From: a virus
Length of the DNA stretch: 64,000 bases
Virus record (IMG/VR): IMGVR_UViG_3300029177_000001
Location: 26,630-90,629 of that record
Reading direction: 5' to 3' (one strand)
A program made the translations under genes and the position numbers. Every line of letters begins with the position of its first letter. Position 1 is the first letter of the stretch. Shown here one piece after another: positions 7,486 to 15,948 of the stretch. Under the pieces are notes generated by a model. That model was not told where the DNA came from, did not search any database, and was given only the letters and a program-made list of their open reading frames with translations.

Positions 7486-7883
7486 GAAAACCTAAAGTAG
7501 AAAATAAATACAACTTAACAATGAAGAAAATCCAAAAACTCAAAATTGGTGATGAGTACAAAATTAAGAAACCTTTATTTTGGAGAAATAATATTATTAA
7601 TGCATGGTGTATTAATGGAACTGTTGGAACGTATCAGGATATAAAGTACTGTACATATAATGAATTTTGGATAGGGATATATGATAAACCATATTGCAAT
7701 AGTAGAATTCGTGCTTATTGTAATTGTTGGGGAGGAATGGGTACTTATAAATTTGACAAGTTTTTTAGACCTGAAGATATTGAGTGTGAAAATGATTTAA
7801 AAGTACAGGAAGAGTTGTTAAAAACAATAAATAATTTGATTGATGAAGGGATTTTGGTGATGGAAGATGGACGGAACAGTTAA
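7482..7883 (+). CDS. hypothetical protein
   Basis: ATGA overlap with upstream ORF. No domain recognised. Confidence 0.55.
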   Translation: MRKPKVENKYNLTMKKIQKLKIGDEYKIKKPLFWRNNIINAWCINGTVGTYQDIKYCTYNEFWIGIYDKPYCNSRIRAYCNCWGGMGTYKFDKFFRPEDIECENDLKVQEELLKTINNLIDEGILVMEDGRNS

Positions 7884-8079
7884 ACAATTTTTAAAAAATA
7901 ATCCGTCAGTGATAGTTTCAATACGATATTATCCATTTAATGACGAATTTGAAGTAAGATTGAGCAATTATCATACAAATAAACATGCATATATGATATT
8001 TCGTGATATAAATGAAATTTCATTAGATAAAATGGTTTGGATTGTTAGTAATAGATTTAGAGAAGAATTGTTGGAGTGA
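7867..8079 (+). CDS. hypothetical protein
   Basis: Plus-strand ORF in collinear array. No domain recognised. Confidence 0.5.
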   Translation: MDGTVKQFLKNNPSVIVSIRYYPFNDEFEVRLSNYHTNKHAYMIFRDINEISLDKMVWIVSNRFREELLE

Positions 8080-8087
8080 TTATAAAT

Positions 8088-8402
8088 ATGAACGAGAAGA
8101 AAGTTAGAGAAGCGATAGGAAGGCTCCAAGTTGGGATTAATGCGAAAAGAGAAATGATAAAGCATAATAAAGCATTTTTCCAGAAACAAGATAACAGTTA
8201 TTTGGAAAGTGATATTGAGGTTTATTGTGCAGCAATCGAAGCATTGGAAAAGCAGTTACCAAAGAAAACTATAGATAAGAGTTGTGTGAAAGATAATGAT
8301 ACTATTTACGGATATGTTGGTATATGCCCTAGTTGTAACGGTATTGTTGACGATAGTATGATTGTTTGTGATTGTACACAAGTACTTGACTGGTCGGAAT
8401 AA
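8088..8402 (+). CDS. hypothetical protein, C-terminal Cys cluster
   Basis: ORF track 8076..8402. ATG 8088 follows ttggagtga. 'CPSCNG...CDC'. Confidence 0.55.
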   Translation: MNEKKVREAIGRLQVGINAKREMIKHNKAFFQKQDNSYLESDIEVYCAAIEALEKQLPKKTIDKSCVKDNDTIYGYVGICPSCNGIVDDSMIVCDCTQVLDWSE

Positions 8403-8452
8403 TATTCAAGTTCCCTGCGAGTAATCGTGGGAGAGCGGAAAGGTGGAAGAAA

Positions 8453-8662
8453 TTGAAGAACCCAAAGAAATGCCCGTTTTGTGATTCCGACAGTGGATAT
8501 TACATGCTGGAAAGAGTGCATAGAGCTTTATTGTTTAATTTTGACGGTGATCCGATCGGAGGAACGGAAGATGTGACAGACTACGCGGGGCGTAGAAAAC
8601 GATGTATGAACTGTCACAAGATACTCCCCAAAAAATTGTTTGAGGAAGTGATGGAAAAGTAA
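8453..8662 (+). CDS. zinc-ribbon protein
   Basis: 'KKCPFCDS...RKRCMNCHK'. TTG start after aaaggtgga. Confidence 0.5.
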   Translation: MKNPKKCPFCDSDSGYYMLERVHRALLFNFDGDPIGGTEDVTDYAGRRKRCMNCHKILPKKLFEEVMEK

Positions 8663-8725
8663 ATTATTATTCCAAGTTTCAGAAGAGCATTTGGAAAAAT
8701 ATTTTGAACCCTTGGAGGTGGAGTG

Positions 8726-8884
8726 ATGAAAACAATAATTTACACAGTAGATGACGAAGAACCAGATTGCAATAGATGTGATCATTGTTGCGGCGAAGAT
8801 TATTATTGTATCAAACAATGTGGAGCAGAACATGGGTGGAACGGATACGAAAGGTTAGAGAGAATTGAAAGTGATGAGGAGTAA
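8726..8884 (+). CDS. small Cys-rich protein (52 aa)
   Basis: Not in ORF track. ttggaggtggagtg RBS directly before ATG 8726. MKTIIYTVDDEEPDCNRCDHCCGEDYYCIKQCGAEHGWNGYERLERIESDEE. Confidence 0.5.
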   Translation: MKTIIYTVDDEEPDCNRCDHCCGEDYYCIKQCGAEHGWNGYERLERIESDEE

Positions 8885-8886
8885 CC

Positions 8887-9117
8887 ATGTGGAAAATATT
8901 TATTGAGTATGACGATAAGAGTAAAATTACATTAACAGGAAAACACAAAGATATTCCGCTAAGGCTTGCATTAAAATATAACCTACTGTATGCAAATTCC
9001 CAAAGCTGCATAGGTGCAAAATATCAACGATATCCAAAAAAGAATTATCCTGAAATGAGCTTAATGGATAAAATCGAGGAGCTGGAAATGATAGAGAGCG
9101 AGTTGGAGGTGGAATAG
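8887..9117 (+). CDS. hypothetical protein
   Basis: gaggag RBS. Plus-strand array. Confidence 0.55.
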   Translation: MWKIFIEYDDKSKITLTGKHKDIPLRLALKYNLLYANSQSCIGAKYQRYPKKNYPEMSLMDKIEELEMIESELEVE

Positions 9118-9330
9118 ATGGATCTAAAAATGGAATATTTAGGAATGGACACTATGACTTACAATTATCTTCTTCGTGCAGGCGCAAGATCAATATTAGA
9201 TGTATGTGATATTTTAAATGGCAAGAGAGCAATGCAGAGAAAAATTCCAGAATACGTTTTGAGAAAAGCGAAGGAATATGTTGAGACACAAGAAAGTATT
9301 TTGGGAGTCCGGTTGTTGGGAGAAGAGTAA
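9118..9330 (+). CDS. helix-hairpin-helix protein resembling RNA polymerase alpha C-terminal domain
   Basis: 'MDTMTYNYLLRAGARSILDVCDIL' resembles the RpoA-CTD 'L.LS.R..N.L.RAGI.T..DL' motif. ttggaggtgga RBS. Confidence 0.4.
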   Translation: MDLKMEYLGMDTMTYNYLLRAGARSILDVCDILNGKRAMQRKIPEYVLRKAKEYVETQESILGVRLLGEE

Positions 9331-9500
9331 TGAAGTATAACAGACAAAAGTTTTGCGATTGTAGCGACAAAGAAAAGTTGCGAATTGTAAAGGAAGAATT
9401 AGCACTTGAAACACATGACAGAACTACGAAAGATGATTTATTGATGCTGCTTGATTGGACGTATAACAGATTAATAAAAGGTGATTTGGAGGTGGAGTGA
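9330..9500 (+). CDS. small hypothetical protein (56 aa)
   Basis: Not in ORF track. ATG overlaps the upstream stop (TAATG). Ends at TGA overlapping the next start. Confidence 0.4.
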   Translation: MKYNRQKFCDCSDKEKLRIVKEELALETHDRTTKDDLLMLLDWTYNRLIKGDLEVE

Positions 9501-9898
9501 TGAAGATATATGATAAATCAGAATTAACGGGATTCTTCGAAGTAAAACCTACAGCTCAACCGCTCGCCGAAACAAAAGAGAATGTATATATTGGAGATAT
9601 TTTAAGGATTGATTGTAAATTATATAGTGTTTGTATGGTGGCAGCGAGAAGTAGATATGCTGTTGTGAATAAACTTAATATCATAGAATTTCCTGATAAT
9701 CCGAAAGAACAGGTAGGAACAAATGAAATTGTATGTCCTTATTGTCTTGAACAAACAGAAGGATTCGAAATGGATGATAGTGATGATGATTACGAATGTC
9801 CTTGCTGTGGTAGTCGTTTTTCATATCAAAGGGAAGTGATAGTTGCATATAATTCTCAACCGATTTCAAAGAATGAAAATATTTTGGAGATGGAATAA
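9500..9898 (+). CDS. zinc-ribbon protein
   Basis: ORF track 9497..9898. ATG 9500 after ttggaggtggagtg. 'CPYC...CPCCG'. Confidence 0.55.
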   Translation: MKIYDKSELTGFFEVKPTAQPLAETKENVYIGDILRIDCKLYSVCMVAARSRYAVVNKLNIIEFPDNPKEQVGTNEIVCPYCLEQTEGFEMDDSDDDYECPCCGSRFSYQREVIVAYNSQPISKNENILEME

Positions 9899-10222
9899 AT
9901 GAAATACAAAATAGGTCAAATCCTAACATCAAATTGTGATATAGAAGTAGAGAAGATGTTTGGAGAAAAAGTAATTATTCCAAAAGGGAATAAAATAATT
10001 ATTGGAGCTGACGAATTTGCACATCATTTAAAAGATGGAATGATTCAACCTTTACAGAAAGATACTATTGTCGAAGAATATGATACAGAGGGAATAGCAG
10101 AATACTTAATGAAAAAACTGTCTGAAGTATTTCCATTAGAAGAAATGCTTGAAGATTATGGTATTGAAAAAGAAGAATTTGAAGAAGAAATTGGTTTTTT
10201 CTTAGATGATATAGGATTTTAG
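9899..10222 (+). CDS. hypothetical acidic protein
   Basis: Abuts the upstream stop. No domain recognised. Confidence 0.55.
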   Translation: MKYKIGQILTSNCDIEVEKMFGEKVIIPKGNKIIIGADEFAHHLKDGMIQPLQKDTIVEEYDTEGIAEYLMKKLSEVFPLEEMLEDYGIEKEEFEEEIGFFLDDIGF

Positions 10223-10234
10223 GAGAGTGGAATA

Positions 10235-10777
10235 ATGGAGAACGTACTAGAGAAGATTTTGGAAGAAATAAAGCAATATACAGAAGATGTATACGAATGC
10301 GATCTTGACGATATCGTTGAGTATCAAAGAAGAAACAGAGAGGATAACTGTACATATATTGTACAAGGAATTGAAGAAGCAACAGAGTTTATCCGTTCAC
10401 ACATGGACGAAATAAGAACATTAAAGAAGAAGCCAGTATGGGAAATGGATGTTATGCATCACGAATCTTATGATTTGGGAAGAAATGTTGGGTGGAATGA
10501 ATGTTTAGAAACTATGCAGCGAAATACAAATAATAGTTGGATTCCGGTAGAGGAGAGGTTGCCGGAAGAAAAAGGATGGTATCAATGTACATGTTCTGAC
10601 AAGGAGATCTGGAATGATGATATAGTTAGAGATCTATATTATTACCCAGGAATAAAAGAATTTGTAGATAATATCAGATATGAAAATAATGGGTTAAAAA
10701 ATATTGAAAAATATGTTTGGACGAAATATGTAACAGCGTGGCAGCAACCCAAACCATATAAAGCAAAGGAAAAATAG
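10235..10777 (+). CDS. DUF551-like protein
   Basis: 'WIPVEERLPEEKGWYQCT' matches the DUF551 'W..v...lPe' pattern common in phages. Confidence 0.5.
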   Translation: MENVLEKILEEIKQYTEDVYECDLDDIVEYQRRNREDNCTYIVQGIEEATEFIRSHMDEIRTLKKKPVWEMDVMHHESYDLGRNVGWNECLETMQRNTNNSWIPVEERLPEEKGWYQCTCSDKEIWNDDIVRDLYYYPGIKEFVDNIRYENNGLKNIEKYVWTKYVTAWQQPKPYKAKEK

Positions 10778-10779
10778 TA

Positions 10780-10962
10780 ATGTTAGAAGATACGAAACAA
10801 CAGTTGCAAATTGTTCTTGATTTGCTGAGAAAATCATTGATAGATAATGGAGTTTCTATGGGAATATCAGGAAATAAAATTATGTTTTTTGATACAAAGA
10901 AATATTTATTAACAGGAAAGTTTGATGGATTTTCTGTAAATATTGATAACTTAGTTAAATAA
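10780..10962 (+). CDS. hypothetical protein
   Basis: Plus-strand ORF in array. Confidence 0.45.
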   Translation: MLEDTKQQLQIVLDLLRKSLIDNGVSMGISGNKIMFFDTKKYLLTGKFDGFSVNIDNLVK

Positions 10963-11002
10963 TGAAAGCAGAATTTCAAACGTAGAAAGAGAGAACTAAT
11001 AT

Positions 11003-11287
11003 ATGAAGAAAGACAATGTAAAAACAGTCACAATTAGATGTGACGATAATGCAGAAGCAGTTGTATTTTCTAAGTATACAATGAAAAATTCAACTGATTT
11101 TGAAATCTCTTTTGAGGATTCATATTGCGGTGGAGATTTTAAAGGAGTTATTGGAAGATTTAAAAGAGCATGGATGGCGTTCTGGAATAAGCCGGTGATT
11201 TATAATGGAATTTATTGTGGCGGCGAAGGAAGGGATAGAGTAAGAAATTTTCTGAAGGAATGCTTGGAATTGGTAGAAGGAGAATAG
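11003..11287 (+). CDS. hypothetical protein
   Basis: Plus-strand ORF in array. Confidence 0.5.
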   Translation: MKKDNVKTVTIRCDDNAEAVVFSKYTMKNSTDFEISFEDSYCGGDFKGVIGRFKRAWMAFWNKPVIYNGIYCGGEGRDRVRNFLKECLELVEGE

Positions 11288-11292
11288 GGGAT

Positions 11293-11865
11293 ATGAAAAC
11301 GATCTATATTGCAGATGATGGCAAGCAATTTGAGGATGAATATGAATGTAGAACCTGTGCTAATTACAATCCATTAAGGATGTTGTATGAAAAAGAAAAG
11401 AATGGTGTTCAGTTAGGCGTTCCGATTGAAGTAGTACCACTTGTATATGAAGGAACTGATAAATCAAAAATCCAAGAATTATTAGATAAAGATGATAATG
11501 ATGGTTGAGAAGGCTTGATGCTTAATAAGGATACTAAGTGGAAGTACAAGCGTAATAATGGATTCTTGAAAGTAAAATCATGGAAACATGCAGATTTACT
11601 TTGTACTGGCGTTATTGAGAGAGAAGGCAAAAATAAAGGAACTTTTGGGTCAATTGAATGTGATTATAAGGGATTCAAATTATGAGTACATGGCTTTACT
11701 GATGAAATGAGAGATTATTATTGGAATAATCCAAATGGGATTATTGGTAAGATTGCACAGATTAAATATAAGGGCGAAACAAAGAATAAGCAAGATGGCA
11801 TATCTGGACAGTTTCCAGGTTTCCAGTGTATTAGACATGATAAGACAGAGCCTAGCTATTACTAG
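11293..11865 (+). pseudogene. ATP-dependent DNA ligase relic (C-terminal motif IV-VI/OB part only) with two in-frame TGA codons
   Basis: One frame reads '...PLVYEGTDKSKIQELLDKDDNDG*EGLMLNKDTKWKYKRNNGFLKVKSWKHADLLCTGVIEREGKNKGTFGSIECDYKGFKL*VHGFTDEMRDYYWNNPNGIIGKIAQIKYKGETKNKQDGISGQFPGFQCIRHDKTEPSYY'. EGLMLK, LKVK, GFTDE and R.DK are ligase motifs. TGA at 11506 and 11683. No KxDG adenylation motif upstream. Confidence 0.6.
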
Positions 11866-11918
11866 ACTTTAGCCTTAAATCATCGGTTTTATTGTGGTTT
11901 TTGAAAGTAGGTGAATGT

Positions 11919-12434
11919 ATGAACGAAATGTTGAAACTTTGTATAGGACAAGGTTATGTGCCAGCAGATTGTAAATTAGATGGCATGTTGGTTTGGTTAT
12001 TAATCAATGAAGGTAAAAATCCTTGTGACGGATGTAACGCAAATTGTGTGCATAGAAGATGTTCTCACTGTGTCAAAAACGAATATGACAACTATAGAAA
12101 AGAAAAATTAGAACATAGAGAACGAATTGAAAAGAGGAAATCATTAGGCACTAATTCAGAAGCAATTATATATGTTGATACTGATTACGACAGTGCATTA
12201 ATAATGGCTATTGAGCCAAATAGTGAAAAGGGGTATTCGCTTAGATGTAAAGGAGCAGACGAAGCATCTCATTACATAGAAATTATGTGTAGTAAACACA
12301 AAGCAAGGCAAGTGATAATACCGTTAAATGGTTGGGGAGTAGCAATATATGATTGTTTAAAAATAAGAAATTTGAAAGATATAGATATTGTTCCACTTAG
12401 ATGCATAGGCGAAAAACTCAATAATTGGAGGTAA
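11919..12434 (+). CDS. hypothetical Cys-rich protein
   Basis: ORF track 11892..12434. ATG 11919 after aggtga. 'CDGCNANCVHRRCSHC'. Confidence 0.55.
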   Translation: MNEMLKLCIGQGYVPADCKLDGMLVWLLINEGKNPCDGCNANCVHRRCSHCVKNEYDNYRKEKLEHRERIEKRKSLGTNSEAIIYVDTDYDSALIMAIEPNSEKGYSLRCKGADEASHYIEIMCSKHKARQVIIPLNGWGVAIYDCLKIRNLKDIDIVPLRCIGEKLNNWR

Positions 12435-12439
12435 AACAA

Positions 12440-12562
12440 ATGACAACGGTTGAGAAGATAGATTACATGATTCAGTCTTTGAAGTTGGCAAAAAGACTTC
12501 TGCGAAGCAGTGTTAAGGAAATGGTTAGAAAATGTTTTAAATATAAAAGATTAGTTTTATAG
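12440..12562 (+). CDS. small hypothetical protein (40 aa)
   Basis: Not in ORF track. ttggaggt RBS before ATG 12440. Confidence 0.4.
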   Translation: MTTVEKIDYMIQSLKLAKRLLRSSVKEMVRKCFKYKRLVL

Positions 12563-12575
12563 GAGATGATCAAGA

Positions 12576-12956
12576 ATGGTTGATTTAGGTATTACAGAAA
12601 ATGATTTTCATACAGAATGGTATTATTTAACAGGCAGGGAAAATCAGTTATTAAAAGAGTTGTCAGAATGCGTTGGCGATAAAGAAATTATCGTAGTAGC
12701 AAGAGAATTGAAAAAAGTGGTATCTGAACTTCAAACAAAATACGGAGAATCGGATGAAAAGAAATATAAATATGGAGTTTGTTTATCAGCGGAAGATTAT
12801 TCTGATGGTTATGTAAGGTTGACAAGAAGAGAAGCTGAAATTGTTTTTTATGCGACAAGCGAATGTAATTGGGAAGATGCACATTCGAACCCTTATAGTG
12901 GTTCATTTTACATTGATTTGGATAATCCTGTTGAGATTGACGAAAAGGGGATGTAA
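12576..12956 (+). CDS. hypothetical protein
   Basis: aggag RBS. No domain recognised. Confidence 0.55.
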   Translation: MVDLGITENDFHTEWYYLTGRENQLLKELSECVGDKEIIVVARELKKVVSELQTKYGESDEKKYKYGVCLSAEDYSDGYVRLTRREAEIVFYATSECNWEDAHSNPYSGSFYIDLDNPVEIDEKGM

Positions 12957-12959
12957 ATT

Positions 12960-13778
12960 ATGGATAACAGCAATTTAGCAAAAAGAATGAAACAATATGA
13001 AAGTGTTTCAAAATCAACATTGATAAGACGTATGCCAGTGATCATCAGGCTTGACGGTAGAAGTTTTCATACATTTACAAAAGGGTTTAAAAGACCATTC
13101 GATGATGTATTAGTAAAAACAATGCAAGAGACAATGAAATACCTTTGTGAAAATATTCAAGGATGTGTATTAGGTTATACGCAGTCTGATGAAATTACAC
13201 TTGTGTTAGTAGATTATAAGAACTTAGATTCTCAACCTTGGTTTGATGATGAAGTGCAGAAGATATGTAGTATTGCAGCAAGTATGGCAACTATGGCTTT
13301 TAATAAAAATTTTGAACTTTTTTCTTTAACGATGCGATTAAAAGACTCTGTAGAAAGTAATAAACTTGGTGCAGTATATAAACAAGCAATGAATAAAGGT
13401 GCAATGTTTGATGCAAGATGTTTCAATATTCCAAAAGAAGAAGTAACTAATAATATTTACTGGAGACAACTTGATGCAACGAGAAATTCTATTCAAATGG
13501 TAGGACAAGCTAATTTTTCACATAAAGAATTACAGAATAAATCGTGCAATCAAATTCAAGACATGTTATTTACACAAAAAGGAATTAACTGGAATGATAT
13601 TTCTACATATTTAAAAAGAGGAAGTTGCTGCATTAGAGAAAATTATATTTTTGAAAATTCAAACCCAAATGGTGAGACGTGTGTAGAACGAAGTCGTTGG
13701 ATAATCGACAAAGAAATCCCTATTTTTAAGGGTGAGAATAGAGAATATATTAATAGATTGGTATATGTAGGAGAATAA
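12960..13778 (+). CDS. tRNA(His) guanylyltransferase family protein (Thg1-like, 3'-5' nucleotidyl transferase)
   Basis: 'MKQYESVSK...RMPVIIRLDGRSFHTFTKGFKRPFDDVLVKTMQETM...GYTQSDEITLVL' matches the Thg1/TLP N-terminal catalytic pattern (RxDG..F, KP.D, SDE). Confidence 0.85.
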   Translation: MDNSNLAKRMKQYESVSKSTLIRRMPVIIRLDGRSFHTFTKGFKRPFDDVLVKTMQETMKYLCENIQGCVLGYTQSDEITLVLVDYKNLDSQPWFDDEVQKICSIAASMATMAFNKNFELFSLTMRLKDSVESNKLGAVYKQAMNKGAMFDARCFNIPKEEVTNNIYWRQLDATRNSIQMVGQANFSHKELQNKSCNQIQDMLFTQKGINWNDISTYLKRGSCCIRENYIFENSNPNGETCVERSRWIIDKEIPIFKGENREYINRLVYVGE

Positions 13779-13782
13779 AACT

Positions 13783-14202
13783 GTGATTTCAAAAGAAGAA
13801 ATAATGAAGAAAAAAGACAGGTATAAACTACTTTTACATGCAAAAGATCAGTATTCAAAGGATTTTAATCGTGACTATGAGTTTAAGCATTTATCAAAAA
13901 ATACATTACATAAATTACTAAAGCAATACAAGCATTCGTGTATGGCTGAATGGAGCTATTGTTGCTATGGATTGTATCAAAATTGTTGGCAGGAACCATA
14001 TTTTGAAGGAAATTGGGATATGTCTCAGGAAAGAGTTGACGACGTGATCAGATATGTTATTGATAAAACTGCTAAGATCTGCAGAAAAGATAGCAGAATC
14101 TTGTATTGCAAAGATAATAATGAGATAAACATTGTAATTGTGGCAAGAGATGTATGCAAAAATGATTACTTGATTACATTTACAAATGAGGAAATGGAAT
14201 GA
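13783..14202 (+). CDS. hypothetical protein
   Basis: Plus-strand ORF. GTG start, or ATG 13804. Confidence 0.5.
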   Translation: MISKEEIMKKKDRYKLLLHAKDQYSKDFNRDYEFKHLSKNTLHKLLKQYKHSCMAEWSYCCYGLYQNCWQEPYFEGNWDMSQERVDDVIRYVIDKTAKICRKDSRILYCKDNNEINIVIVARDVCKNDYLITFTNEEME

Positions 14203-14543
14203 TGAATGTAATTGTTTTAAGTAAAAGAGAGCCGAATATAATTGATGTAGAATACTGGTGCGAAATTACGGAATATCTGGATGAATACATTAGGAAAAAT
14301 TATGGTAAGTTTAATCATTATTTTAGATGTTACATATATGACTGCAGAAGCTGGTGCAATAATACAATAGCGATTCGTATGCCAGGATCAACAATTGGAT
14401 GCATTCAGTTTGACGACGAAAATGTAATTACAGAATGTTGTATTTATGATGATGTAATATCTAAGAGTAGATGTTTTTCTGAAGACATCAATGAACGACT
14501 AAAACGGTTTGTTGGAAGAACATTGAAATTTCAAGAAGAATAG
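14199..14543 (+). CDS. hypothetical protein
   Basis: ATGA overlap with upstream ORF. Confidence 0.5.
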   Translation: MMNVIVLSKREPNIIDVEYWCEITEYLDEYIRKNYGKFNHYFRCYIYDCRSWCNNTIAIRMPGSTIGCIQFDDENVITECCIYDDVISKSRCFSEDINERLKRFVGRTLKFQEE

Positions 14544-14553
14544 AGGTGAAAAA

Positions 14554-15153
14554 GTGAATTATTATATTAGTGATTTACATTTATTTCATAAGAATGTGAC
14601 GAATGAAGGTTCTAATTTTGACAATAGACCATTTGATACATTGGAAGAAATGCATAAAGTGATTAAGGAAAATTGGAATTCGAAAATTACTAATGCGGAT
14701 CATGTCTATATTTTAGGAGATTTGGCATGGAAGGAAAACGAAGATGCGATTAAACTTGTTAGTACATTGCGTGGTAATAAACATCTAATTCTTGGCAATC
14801 ACGATAAAGCAACAGATCAAAGATATAAACAGTTATTTGTAGAAATAGCAAATTATAAAGAAGCGAAAGATATGATTGACGGAAAAGAGCATCATGTCGT
14901 AATGTCTCACTTTCCATTGGCTTTTTGGAATCATCAGCATCATTACAGAAGAGATGGAAAAGAGCATAAAGTGTGGTCTGTTCACTTATATGGGCACGTA
15001 CATAATTCTATGGAAGAAGATTATTATCAAGAGTATATCAAAAAACTAAACAGTGAATATGAAATTAAGTGCGTAGCAAAAAATGTAGGGTGTATGTTGT
15101 GGAATTATACACCAGTAACATTGAAAGAAATTTTAGGCAGTAAAGGAGAATAA
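14554..15153 (+). CDS. calcineurin-like metallophosphoesterase
   Basis: Motifs 'ISDLHLFH', 'ILGDLAW', 'GNHD' and 'GHVH'. gaggtga RBS before GTG. Confidence 0.8.
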   Translation: MNYYISDLHLFHKNVTNEGSNFDNRPFDTLEEMHKVIKENWNSKITNADHVYILGDLAWKENEDAIKLVSTLRGNKHLILGNHDKATDQRYKQLFVEIANYKEAKDMIDGKEHHVVMSHFPLAFWNHQHHYRRDGKEHKVWSVHLYGHVHNSMEEDYYQEYIKKLNSEYEIKCVAKNVGCMLWNYTPVTLKEILGSKGE

Positions 15154-15157
15154 ATTT

Positions 15158-15475
15158 ATGAGAGCAATGCTAAGTCAACCAATGGCAGGAAAAACAGATG
15201 AAGAAATTGTAAATACAAGAGAAAAGGCAATTGAATATCTAAGAGATAGAGGATATGAAGTTGTGAATACTTTGTTTACAGACGAATGGTATTCAAAACA
15301 AGTGAATGAATGTAATATTACAAATAGAGGACTCTTCTTTTTAGCAAAATCTTTAGAGCAGATGTCGTTATGTAATATTGTTTATTTTTGCAAAGGGTGG
15401 GAAGATTACAGAGAATGTCGTATTGAACACGCTGCAGCAATCTCTTATGGATTGGATATTATTTACGAGGAGTAA
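15158..15475 (+). CDS. hypothetical protein (weak DUF4406 / nucleoside deoxyribosyltransferase-like resemblance)
   Basis: 'LSQPMAGKTDEEI...RGYEVVN' gives only a weak pattern match. Confidence 0.5.
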   Translation: MRAMLSQPMAGKTDEEIVNTREKAIEYLRDRGYEVVNTLFTDEWYSKQVNECNITNRGLFFLAKSLEQMSLCNIVYFCKGWEDYRECRIEHAAAISYGLDIIYEE

Positions 15476-15480
15476 TTTTA

Positions 15481-15789
15481 ATGGGTAGTTTTGAAATACA
15501 TGGAATTCAAAATGTAAGCTTTGTAGATCTTAAAACTGGAAAGAAGATAAATATAGAAAATGCAGAAGTATCGACATTGAGCGAAAGCAAGGATGTTAAT
15601 GAGCGGAAACCTACTGGTAAGCTGGATATTTCTAAAACACCACATTTTACATGTGAACTTACATATCTAAATAGGAAGGAACTCTTTTGGGCATTATATG
15701 GAATCACAAATAACTACAGAAGATTACATGGTGGACATGCATTGAGAGAAACAACCAGAAGAAGATACATAATGAAACATAAAAAATGA
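15481..15789 (+). CDS. hypothetical basic protein
   Basis: Plus-strand ORF in array. Confidence 0.5.
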   Translation: MGSFEIHGIQNVSFVDLKTGKKINIENAEVSTLSESKDVNERKPTGKLDISKTPHFTCELTYLNRKELFWALYGITNNYRRLHGGHALRETTRRRYIMKHKK

Positions 15790-15791
15790 AT

Positions 15792-15873
15792 AAAAAAGAC
15801 ACACATCTCCGCGACCAAACTTTGATGTGTGTCTGTAAACACAAATACACTGAATAATTTGGAATCCAATGCA
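15792..15873 (-). ncRNA. candidate antisense small RNA (copy 1): promoter, conserved core, intrinsic terminator
   Basis: On the minus strand: TTGACT (15908-15903), 17-nt spacer, TAATAT (15885-15880). Then conserved core (complement of 15836-15863), 11-bp hairpin (15834-15824/15807-15797) and UUUUU (complement of 15796-15792). Confidence 0.5.
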
Positions 15874-15948
15874 TTTATTATATTACATATCTTTACATGT
15901 TTAGTCAAGCATGGATTTCCAAATTAAGAAAATTGAATATAGATAGGA

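Noticed and set aside
11506-11685. TGA recoding (TGA = Trp/Gly) as the explanation for the two in-frame TGAs in the ligase-like frame
   Set aside because: TGA clearly terminates well-supported genes in this window (RT at 5647, ORF 89..751, ORF 33080..33583, folD). The ligase-like frame also lacks its whole adenylation domain. Pseudogene decay is the simpler reading.
15836-15863. The conserved ACACAAATACAYTGAATAATTTGGA core as a + strand promoter for a phage sigma factor
   Set aside because: At the second copy, any -10 element inside the core would place the transcription start within or after the GGAGG RBS of ORF 41875. Both copies are also attached to hairpins whose U-tracts exist only on the minus strand.
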